Shown here: positions 20,995-31,452 of the stretch, one piece after another
How the letters are laid out: every line of letters begins with the position of its first letter
Position numbering within the stretch: position 1 is the first letter of the stretch
Assembly (NCBI GenBank): GCA_054661495.1
Contig: BAAFSQ010000039.1
Location: forward strand, 25,440 to 57,439
Direction: 5' to 3'
Length of the DNA stretch: 32,000 nt
DNA from: Zygophlyctis sp. KS116
Taxonomy: Eukaryota; Fungi; Chytridiomycota
Program-made: the position numbers and the translations under genes
Notes under the pieces: model-generated
Databases searched by the model: none
Told to the model about the DNA's origin: nothing
Seen by the model: only the letters and a program-made list of their open reading frames with translations

Positions 20995-22707
20995 TTAGTT
21001 AAAGCTATTTTCCTTTAAAATTCCTTGAATTCCTATAATGCAATCTTCTGAGAGACTTGTCATTCTTAAATCTAGTCGTGTTATATACTAGTGATTAAGA
21101 TTCTAAGGGGTTCTTACTTTGTTTCTATTTATAGCTTCAAAAATAGACTTTCCTATTGAATCTATTTGTGCTGGTATAGAATAATTATCAAATTGATCAT
21201 TATTGCCTTTCCTATATTCATTGCTCTCGTCGGACAAGTTGGCCAGCTGGTTACTACTAAGGTCCCATGATTGAAATTGTTTCAAATTTCTTCTTAATAA
21301 AATACAAATTGAAGATGCAGATTTGGGACCAATACAGTTTCCACTTAAATTTAGCGATTCTAGTAAAGTGTTTTTACAAGCCTGAAGACATATTGCAGTA
21401 CATCCTTCATCCCCAACTGAATTTAATCGCAAGTCGAGATTCTTCAAAGTTTGATTCAGTGACAGTGCTTTGCCGATAGCTATCGCTCCATCTTTTTGAA
21501 TCTTATTATTTCCCAGATTTATGCTTTCTAAAGCTGTTTCAGGAATTGATAAAACTTTAGACAAGGCCCGAGCTCCTATATCTCCAATATTATTGTATGA
21601 TAAATCTAATAGATTATTTGGATAATTTTAAATACTTAGATGTTTTAAAACCGTATTTTTACTTATTGCATCTGCCAAAATACGACATTTATCATCATCA
21701 ACCCCACTAGATCTTACACTTAAACTTGTTAAAACAAAGTTTCTTTGAAGGGAATCTGCCAGCCTTATGCAATCATTAATAGTCATTCCAAAATATGCCC
21801 AATTAAAATTAATTCCACAGTCTTGTACACCATAGAACAATGACAACTCCTTTAATTTATACAAATTCTTAAAAATTAAAGTCATATCAAAATGATCAGG
21901 TAAAGGATCAGTAGCTTTTATAATAAGCTCTTTTGGTGGTTCTCTTCCTTCCATTAGCTGTCTTCTTGCTGCTGGATTCAGTTCTGGAGGCTCTGTTGGT
22001 CTCAACTGACGAATATTTAACTTTTCAACATAATCTGCAGATGTCTTCAAATCCAAAATAACTTTTTCAAAGATATCATATTCGCCTGATGTTTTTGGTA
22101 CAAATGATTCTAAAACTTCTTGAATATACATTTCAAAAAACAATTGTTTCCAAGAGTTATTATGTTCTGATACATTGCATAGCTTGAATTTCTCTTGTGA
22201 TCTTTTTTTCCAGTAAGAATCACTATTGATAATCGTCGATGCAATTGGAAGTGATATATCACTGGATAAAAGTGAGACTACCTTATCTTTGTATTTTGAA
22301 GGTAATCCAGCTAAGATGGGTTTATCTTAATTTAATCTAGTACAATATATACCTTGAAAGTTATTTACGATGGATTTCAATGCTAAAGAACTCAAACTTT
22401 CTACTGCAGCCAAATTCCATTCAGGATCTTCAGCTATTATGCGCCTTTGGTTCCCATTTTTCTTTGGCAAACCGTCTGTCATTTGTAAATCCAACGGTAT
22501 ATTGTTTTGCTCAGAAATGCTTTTAATTGGATCTACTGCAAGTGATATCGCTGATATCTCAGCTTTGGTAATATCTGTATTGCCGGGAGTCGTTGATTGA
22601 TCGTTATTTTCCATTAGCTTGCCTTCCATCGGCTTATTGGGGATTTCAGCATTTATCATCGATTGCCTCTCGGCAGCTGATATTGATGGTTCGACATCTG
22701 CCATCAT
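20995..22707 (-). CDS. TCTE1: Dynein regulatory complex subunit 5 (TCTE1/DRC5), LRR protein, ~541 aa
   Basis: RRIIAEDPEWNL, SWKQLFFE, YGVQDCGINFNW and RI-like LRRs. Introns 22326-22352, 21606-21635 and 21088-21117. Confidence 0.93.
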
Positions 22708-22853
22708 TTGTTTAGTTGATGACGTATCATATTTAAGTAAATATTCCGAAATTGGAAAGTTGAAAATTGAAAATTTATCGTGGGAGTTTCATGATCGGCT
22801 GAATAAGAGGACATAAAATTTGCAACTGTTTGACAGCCGCATTGTCTCTTTCA

Positions 22854-23997
22854 ATGAGCTCAAATTCTAAAACTTCTAAAGAACATGACAGCACTGATCA
22901 ATATCTCATGAATGTTCAAGATGATACTGAAAGTACCGATCGAGATTCTACTGATGTAAGTATCGGATGCAATCAGTAGTTTGGTTGTTTTATATCTAAT
23001 ACTTTAGAAAAAGAAATCAATCTGCATTTCAAACAGATCAGTTTATAAAATGCTGATTTTTTGCTGCATATTTAGTTTAATCTTTGGCATTCTCCCTCTA
23101 CAAATGCTGGACAATCAGGAACCTCCAATTTGCTATGTAAATCCTAAAGAATTGGAAGATATGACAAGATTGCAGACATCCTCTTCGGTAGTCTTAGATA
23201 TTGAAAGGGAATGCAGAGACATGCCAAAATTTCAGAGGAATAAATGCGGTATCCCAAAGATAGTTCATCTAGTAACAATTGGCGGTTCTTTCAAATTTCA
23301 TCACTATCTCTCTGTAAAATCGATGCATGATCGAATTAAACCAATTCAGATTTTTGTCCATGGCTATGATTTTCCTTTTGACTCGGCTTACTTCAATCAA
23401 AGCATTGATGAATTTAAATTGACTCTAGTTGCTTCTAGACGTGTCTCTCAAGTTTTCAATAAGACTGTAACTCATGCAGAGCATAAGAGTGATGTAATTC
23501 GTTTGGAATCATTGATAAGATTTGGTGGGATTTATCTAGATCTAGATACATATGTTTTCAAGGACATTGATGATCTTTTAGGAGGAAAATATGATTTCGT
23601 CATATCACCTGAAAATGATAATGGTCTTAATAATGGAATCATGATGAGTAAACGATGTGCTCACTTTCCTTTAGTATGGTATAAAGAATACAAAAACTTT
23701 GATCATACTAAATGGTCAGATATGTCCATCCAAAAGCCTAAAGAATTATACAATAGTTTAGGACTGTATAGATATTCAATTATTCATGTCGATAGCTCTT
23801 TGACTAGCAACTATGGAAAAGTAATTTTATTTAAGAATGAAAGTGAAACAAATCCATCATTTTGGAAAGATTCTCGTATAGTACATTCTTTCTGGAGGGA
23901 TCATGGGATCGAATACAACAAGACCAGTGTTATGAAACTTGACATAAATTTAGGAAGGTTCGCCCGTGAGCTATTCAATGCTTCAAGAACCGGATAA
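22854..23997 (+). CDS. GT32-like DXD glycosyltransferase, type II membrane protein, 363 aa
   Basis: IPKIVH, HKSDVIRLESLIRFGGIYLDLD and LNNGIM. Upstream exon 22854-22955 joins in frame via a 52-nt intron 22956-23007 (GTAAGT, CTAAT), placing the hydrophobic segment after a cytosolic tail. Confidence 0.88.
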
Positions 23998-24184
23998 TGA
24001 CCTTCAATACACTCTGATGTTTGAAATAAAATTATCTCATGCTATAAACAGAGTATTATTGGGATGTCATGTTCAAGCTAAGAGAGAGAACACATCTGTG
24101 CCTCGGGTTACGTTACGGTCGCATTGTGACACATCAACTTGCCGCAGATGACTCAAAACCAGCCGCCCGAAGATAAGAAAAAAA

Positions 24185-24928
24185 ATGAAGTTGCAACTCA
24201 GTTTAATGATGATTTCTCTCTTGCAGCTATCTAGAGCTCAATCAAATCCAGCCGAAGAGGGTCAAATCTGTGGTGGGTTGACTCCTAGTGGATCTATAAA
24301 ATGCAACACTGGTATGAAATGTGTGTTTCCAAAAGACATCCCTACAAATGCTATAGCTGTAGAGGGTATCTGTGTTAAACATGGAAATGAAGGTGGGCTC
24401 TGTAGTGGGATGACCCCGTTGTGCAGGGATGGTCTTTCTTGTGTGTACCCCAAGGATCTCATCCATATTACTCCTATTACGGAAGGTGTATGTGTAAAAG
24501 ACGGATCAGATGGTGGGCGCTGTGGTGATATGTCTCCACCGTGTAATGCCGGTCTTTCCTGTGTGTTCCCCAAGGATGGCACAGTAAATCCAAATACATA
24601 TGGTTTATGTGTTAAAGATGGAGATGAAGGAGGGAAATGTGGAGGATTGACCCCTAATGGAGCTCAAAAATGCAATGATGGCCTGATCTGTATGTATCCC
24701 AAAGATTTCCCACCAAATGCTATTGCTGTGATCGGTGTGTGCGAGAAGCCTACATCAACTACAAGTTCAGTGACTGATTCTACATCCGCCTCATCTGCAC
24801 CGACTGGGACAGTTTACACATCAGAAACAACATCCCAAATTTCTAACATAGAGGACATAGTGACCGCCGATGCTAGTGGTTTATCTGCTCTTGGCTTTGC
24901 TGGATTTATTGCACTCTTATTCTTTTAG
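24185..24928 (+). CDS. Secreted Cys-rich repeat, Ser/Thr-stalked, probably GPI-anchored surface protein
   Basis: Signal peptide; four ~40-aa four-Cys repeats (EGxxCxGxTP..CxxG[LM]xCx[FY]PKD..GxC); S/T-rich stalk; hydrophobic tail. Confidence 0.88.
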   Translation: MKLQLSLMMISLLQLSRAQSNPAEEGQICGGLTPSGSIKCNTGMKCVFPKDIPTNAIAVEGICVKHGNEGGLCSGMTPLCRDGLSCVYPKDLIHITPITEGVCVKDGSDGGRCGDMSPPCNAGLSCVFPKDGTVNPNTYGLCVKDGDEGGKCGGLTPNGAQKCNDGLICMYPKDFPPNAIAVIGVCEKPTSTTSSVTDSTSASSAPTGTVYTSETTSQISNIEDIVTADASGLSALGFAGFIALLFF

Positions 24929-25050
24929 ATCAAGTTGGAATTCCAACTGTTTCACAATAAATGTTCAGTTGCAGAATTATGAAATATTGCTGATTAATGA
25001 GGAACCGCCCTAGATAAAAATTAACGGTTACTGATCCGATCGCTGATAAA

Positions 25051-25803
25051 ATGCCCACCTGGAAGTCTTTAATTTCTAGAATTATGATTCCTGTAATGAG
25101 TTTGATTGCTGCCAGATACTGTGCTAGAACAGCAATTAACGCTGAAGCGTACATTAAAAGTGCAATTCCAAATCATTCATTGCCAGACTCATTGCCCCGT
25201 TTTGGCTTGATTGACTTGAAGCAGCTATATGAAACACTTGGAAATAAAGGATTGGAAATGTATAACGAATATATTTTGTATAGATTACCGAGTCAAATTC
25301 TAGTACTTTCAATTATATATCCCATTCTAAGAGATATTTCTCTCTATCTTTCAGATTGTGAAATCAGATTGGATCGTTTGTCGAGGAAAAATGTAAGTAG
25401 ATTTTATCCTACTGGCTATCTTTATGTTCTCACTTGGCCTTTTCTCGCCGCAGATATTTTGCAGACAATCCTGCTGCTACTATCAATTAGGACATTTGAT
25501 AAACATCAGCTTATATTCGCACTTTTGGGTGATTCTGCTGGTAAACTAGCAATGCTGAAAAATCTATCGCTGGTCTTAATAATTAATGCTCTTCCAGTAG
25601 CAGTTGTTGTATCTCTCTTCAGAATTATACTGATTGGATGGAAGACTGGTGAGATATTACGTGGATTTGGACTTAAAGCTCAACATAATCACAAAGAAAA
25701 AGTAAATAGGAATGTCAATGATGACGGTAAAGATGCTTTAAAGAATCAATCATTTCATAAAGCACCTCAAAACGTTAAACATAATCTAAAAAAGAATATA
25801 TAA
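25051..25803 (+). CDS. Uncharacterised multi-pass membrane protein
   Basis: 250-aa intronless ORF with about four hydrophobic segments and a polar basic tail. Confidence 0.7.
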   Translation: MPTWKSLISRIMIPVMSLIAARYCARTAINAEAYIKSAIPNHSLPDSLPRFGLIDLKQLYETLGNKGLEMYNEYILYRLPSQILVLSIIYPILRDISLYLSDCEIRLDRLSRKNVSRFYPTGYLYVLTWPFLAADILQTILLLLSIRTFDKHQLIFALLGDSAGKLAMLKNLSLVLIINALPVAVVVSLFRIILIGWKTGEILRGFGLKAQHNHKEKVNRNVNDDGKDALKNQSFHKAPQNVKHNLKKNI

Positions 25804-25830
25804 TTTCCGTTAGATTTTTCCGACTACATC

Positions 25831-28800
25831 ATGACTGGAAGGGTCGCTCCTCTTCCTGAGATTCATAATACTAAATCTCACAAAAATTCATTGCCTCCAA
25901 TTGTTCAAAATAGACTTAGATCACTGTCCATAGATTCAAGTGGGTCCTTTAAATCTAGAAATTTAAAGAAAGGAGAGCCTGGAAAGAAAATCAAGGAAGA
26001 AGATCAGGAAGATCATTTACAAGAATTTATATCACCAAACAATTTGCCTTTTCAGATGCCATCATTGCCAAATCCGATTGAAGTTTCATTCGGACAGGGG
26101 AAGTCCGAACTGAATCACATAAAACTAAAAAAAATGAATCGGATTATATTTCCCTCAACATCTAGAAAGCTTTTATTACCAGATGAGGCAGAAAGGCCAC
26201 TAATTTACCAATCAGATTCAAGTTTTACAAAACTTGCGTCACCATATGTACAATTAATAAAGGAAGAAGGTGTGTTATCAATGGGAATGATAGATCCATT
26301 ACATTCAATACCAAAGCTGCAGGTACCAATTCTTATATTTATTTCATAGGATAATACAATATTGATTCCACTATCCAGACTGCTGATTGATAATCCAGTT
26401 AATCGCTCTTCTCTTCAAGAAAAATTCCCGTTGCTAAATACATCACAACTCAGTACTCTGCTTTTGTATTTAGCGCGAATAGGAGATACAAATTCTGTAA
26501 AGTATTTATGTAGAACCGCTTTAATCAATATTAATATCGTCGATGATTCTGGTAGATCTCCGCTTGTCTATGCCGCAATCGGAGGGCATACAGATACAAT
26601 GAAAATACTTCTTCAATCCGGGGCGATTGTAGATGCACTTGATCACGGAGGACGAACAGCACTTTTTCATGCAGCATATTATTCTATACCTGACTCAATA
26701 AAGATCTTGCTACATTATGGAGCAGATATTACTCATCGAGATTTTTATGGGAAGACCGTACTACATTATAGTGTATTTTCTGATAATGTTCAAAGTACAA
26801 AATTATTGCTGTCAGCTTTGAGACGGATAAGAGTATTTTCTTGGTTTAATGCACACAAATGGGAACGTCTGATTGAAAGCTGTGATGAATCAGGGTTAAC
26901 GCCGATGATGCTAGCGGCTTATTTAGGCCAATTAGGCCATCTTAAGGCAATGATATTTCTAAACTTTAGCTCTTGTAAAGTCAAAGATCAGAATGGTTTG
27001 AGCTGTATTCATTTTTGTGCAAATAATTCTCATTTGCGTGTTTCAAAGTTCTTACTAAAGAAAGACAAAAACTTTGTCTATGAAGCAAGCCAAAGCGGAT
27101 GCAGACCTATTCATTTAGCGGCAAGGAAAGGGAATTATGCACTGCTTGAGCTGCTATTGAAAATAGACAAAAAAATAGTTAATGCAGTTGACATGAAAAG
27201 AAGGACTCCGCTACATTATGCAAGTGGTAAGTTTTTGATTTAACATCCTCAGCTTATGGAAATGTAGCATCGATTCGTATACTTATTGAGTATGGTGCAG
27301 ATGTCAATTTTAAAGATGATGATGGAGTTACGTCTTTGCATTATGCTACTATGTCAAATTATTTGGATTGTGTTCAAATGCTAGTAAAAGGAGGGGCAAT
27401 TGTCGAAATCGATGATAATAGTAATAGAAGCGCCCTTATATGGGCTTTTATGCAAGGTATATAAGTATTTTGAATAAAAAAATAGGAAATCTTGATATAG
27501 CTAAAGTTTTGATGCCATTAATAACCAAGCAAAACTACATATGTGATTCAGCAAAAAATACCCCTCTTCATATTACATCGTTGATTGGGCATATTAATGC
27601 ATGTACATATCTGCTTCAAAATGGGGCCGAAATAGACTCTAAAAATGAACAAGGTATGACACCCTTGTTTCAGTCAATTATAATGGGATGGTTAGATATA
27701 ACTAAAGAATTAATAGAATATGGAGCAAATGTTTCTGAACAAGATAATTTTGGCAGAACTCCTCTCCACTGGGCGATTATAAGTACATCTAATGATAGCA
27801 TACAGATTTTGTTAGATAATCCTGAATGCATGATCGCCATTCCTGATTATCATGGTAAAGAACCTATTCACGAAGCAGCTAATATGGGAAATGATGATCT
27901 TCTGAAGATTTTGATTCATTTAGGCTGTGATCCTTCTTGTACTGATGATCATGGACTCACACCTCTACATCTATCATGTGCTGGAGGGCATATCGTATGC
28001 TGCAACATCCTTATGGAAGCCGGTGTTCCTTTCAATGCGCTTGATTTTTCTGAAAATGTAAGAAGATAGTATTTAAAACAATAGAGAAAAACTCCTCTAG
28101 ATCTTGCTTATGATGAGCAGCGTCAAGAATGTATACAATTATTAAGGGGGTCCGGATGTCTTACTGGGTCAGAAATAAGAAATCTTGCAGCGAGAGCGAT
28201 ACAGTTTGCATGGAGTAATTTTAAAGTATGGTTATATCTTTTAATTTCAAGTCAAGTAAAATGAATTCCAAATCTCCTCCTTTTCGATACGTAAAAATTC
28301 GAGAAAATAAGATTATGTATAAAGCAGCGACAAAAATTCAAGCATGGATAAGGGGGAAGATCCAACGAAGAAAATATCTGAGGAAGCTTAAAATTATGCA
28401 AATCGAAACACAGCAAAGTAAGGAAATTCAGGCTGCATTGGAAGCGCTAGATCAAGCAAAGAAAAATAGAGTTGCAGCTGAAATTGAACTACAAAATACT
28501 GCTAAGGAGTTGTTAAATGCAGAGGAAACAAGAAAAAAGGCCATTTATGATGCTTCATCGATTAAAAAGAAAAAAACTCCTAACAAGATAAAAAGAAGTC
28601 ATGTCCGAAACACGTTAATCAATAATACTGCTGCACTTATCATCCAGCAGAAATGGAGAAAATACAAAGACAAAAGAAAAGCAAATGCCCAGCAGTGCAA
28701 AAAGTATGATTCGGAGAAGATACTAGTGCTTGAATCAGTACTTGATAACGAAAAGAACCTTTCATCTATGCGAGAGTTTATGTCTGGAGGTACTTATGGT

Positions 28801-29401
28801 AAGGAGGGTGTGGGACTCTACAGACAAAACACTGGATCAAAACTAAATACGCTTCCAAAAGCAGCATTATATTCTACCCCTCATTCTCCGGTACATCAAA
28901 ACTTTGAAAGCGGCTACTTTAACAAGGTCTTTAAGAGTACTGTAGCTATCAATGGTAGAGAGCGAGAGCCATCACTTCTCAAACAAGACCCAATTAAAAG
29001 AAGTGATTCTCCGGGACTGCAGCCCCCTAATAGAGGAGATCGAACGATTGGAAAATCAATGGAATTCGGAGAAAAGGCGATTGCCAACCGGGGAAAAAGA
29101 TTAAGGTAAATCTAATACTTATTATTAATCCATTAGCTTTGATCAAGGAGATTCATTTAAATATCAAAATCCTACTGAAATAAAGAACCCAACTCTTGTT
29201 GATTCTACAACTACATCAATCTTAATTGATCCAACAACTCAATACACCAAACGAAACCGTGAACATCTTCAAAGATCTGCATCAAGTGTCTCCTCTTCTA
29301 CTCAAAATTTAGGTTTATTATTTATGGATTCAATACCAAAAGGATATGATGAATTAAATTTCCACTCTATATTACGTGGATCCTCAAACAAAAAAATCTA
29401 G
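25831..29401 (+). CDS. INVS: Inversin-like ankyrin-repeat + IQ-motif protein, ~1134 aa, 7 exons
   Basis: About 16 canonical ankyrin repeats ending NALDFSENRKTPLDLA..CIQLLRGSG..IRNLAARAIQFAW (cf. inversin NQMENNEERYTPLDYA..AAFKIQ), plus further IQ motifs. Introns 26323-26349, 27227-27252, 27457-27485, 28058-28084, 28226-28251 and 29106-29136. Confidence 0.8.
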
Positions 29402-29429
29402 AACCACTCGAATCACAACACAAGTCATA

Positions 29430-30231
29430 TTATATCTTTTTATAGTCATTTCTAGTTTCCCAATAGCTGCTAAATTTTTAAAATTACTAAAATCACCTCC
29501 CATACGAAACTGTAACCTCTTCTCCGACCTTTATATTCTTTATGGCAACATATACCCGATGCCATCTATTTTTATACGGAACAGCAATAGACTTTGTATT
29601 TGGATCATCATCATGATTAACAAATCTTAAAAAGTTTCCATAAACTCTAGAATCAATTGAAATATCCATTTTCTCCCCATCTAAAAGCGTATTAGAATAT
29701 GCATACTAGATTTAAAATCATTAAAATTAATTACAAACCATGCATAATCCTTGTTAGCAGTTGCATTAGTAATCATTCCAGTATAAACTCCAACTAAAGT
29801 TCCTTTCTGGATATCAAAATCAGCATAAATCCCATATCCTTTATCTTTTCCTGCATAAGAACAGTAAAATCTACGATCCTTTTCTCCTCCCTCATTAATA
29901 TATGAACCATATAACCGAGCATTCTTATCGTAATAATCACGATTATTCAAATACTCTTCATCTTCAAACACATTGTGATTATCTAAAATATCATGTATGG
30001 ATTGATCTATTGTAAAATAATTAAAATACCAGTCACAGAATGATGAATGACAAATACATTTAGATACTTTTCATAATCTTCATGATAAAACTTGTTTGTG
30101 GATGGATTGATCTGTAAATCCGTCGTAAATCCAGAATTCACTTTATCAGCTAATTTAAAATAGATCGCACTAGCCAATGCTGCTAAAATAGTCAACCATA
30201 TGTTTTTAGAACTCATCATCACAGCTGTCAT
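29430..30231 (-). CDS. SET-domain protein-lysine methyltransferase with N-terminal signal/anchor, ~240 aa, 4 exons
   Basis: Introns 30007-30029 (23 nt), 29706-29734 and 29470-29496 give KGYGIYA..GVYTG..DYAW..IDSRVYGNFLRFVNHDDDPN..IKVGEEVTVSYGSSYW. Hydrophobic IWLTILAALASAIYF near the start (ATG 30231, or 30219/30216). Confidence 0.88.
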
Positions 30232-30600
30232 TGTAGAAATTGTATTTCTCTGCTGGGGATTTAAGCAGCCTGTCAGACATGTCAAATGTCAAATATAGAT
30301 GATGCTGCGATCATGAGCGTAATGCTTACAAAAGTGTCAAATATGGATTTATTATACTTGGAATACTTTGAAACTTATATGATGCAAAGTACAATGGAAA
30401 ACATGGCTTGCAAAAGGATCTTGTTGTAGCAGATCGCTAGTCTAAAATCTACAAGTACTGCTGATACTATTATAAATGATACCACTGACAGTTTCTAAAG
30501 GAATGCTTTTGAGCTTGTCGGTAGTAAAAGAGCTCATCAAGGGAAAAAATTTAGTTGCTCACCAGATCTTTCAAATTTTCTCTTCTAAAATTAGAATAAG

Positions 30601-31368
30601 ATGACTGATGTTTGTGGAACTAATGCATTATGTGCTATTATGCTACAGCATGTTGCTCCTAGTTTGTAAGTTGAATTGATTGATGATAGAGGTGTTTTGA
30701 CTTGCCTTGGTATTTATATCTCTGATTGGTCAAAAGTTTCAAAGATTGTGAGGGAGGGAGATTTGGGATCATATAATGTTTTACCTAATATGATGTGCTT
30801 TGTGAATTGTTTCTCATGGGTATTATATGGATTGGTAGTGGGAAATTATTATATTTTTTGTCCTAATTTGGTTGGAATGAATTTCACACTTTTCTATGCT
30901 CTATCAGTCTACCATCTGGCACCAACTGCTAAAAGAGATCTAATAAGAAATGTTTTACTTGCTGGACAATCATTTGTTCTTTTAGGAGGTTTAGCTTCTT
31001 TTGTTACTCTTGTTCCTTATGATGAATCTGGAAAGATTAGAGAGCAAGTCTCTGGATGGGTAGCAGTGATTGCTCTTTTAATTTTTTACACTTCTCCTCT
31101 TAGTGATTTGGCCAATGTTATTAAATCAAAAGATGCGTCTTCAATCTCATTCCCTTTGGCAGTTGCAAATGGTATTAATGGACTTTTATGGACTACTTAT
31201 GGATTTGCAATTGGTAATGCTTTTGTGTACGCACCTAATTTGGCTGGAATAATTACTGTTTTAATTCAAATTGCACTATTATTCATCTATAAGAAGAAGA
31301 TTAGTTCTCTTAATGATGCAGCTGCATATATGGACGAAGAGAAAAGTCTCAGGAATTCATTACTATAG
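30601..31368 (+). CDS. SWEET (MtN3/saliva) sugar transporter, 247 aa
   Basis: ATG at 30601 plus a 24-nt intron 30666-30689. Motifs WVLYG..PNLVG, FYTSPL, ISFPL and LWTTYG..APNLAG; seven TM segments. Confidence 0.92.
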
Positions 31369-31452
31369 ATTTTTTCTAATATAATCTCTGATTATAATCA
31401 GTTTACAAGATTTTTTTAAAATATTAAAAAGTGAACATATAAAAAGAAATCA

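Noticed and set aside
24242-24582. Repetitive minus-strand ORFs
   Set aside because: Antisense shadows of the Cys-rich repeat gene.
29376-29630. 84-aa plus-strand ORF
   Set aside because: Antisense to the last SET exons and out of frame with the inversin end.
30286-30600. Short ORF (~48 aa) or structured RNA between SET and SWEET
   Set aside because: No motif or intron support and only a weak 6-bp hairpin; treated as a divergent promoter.
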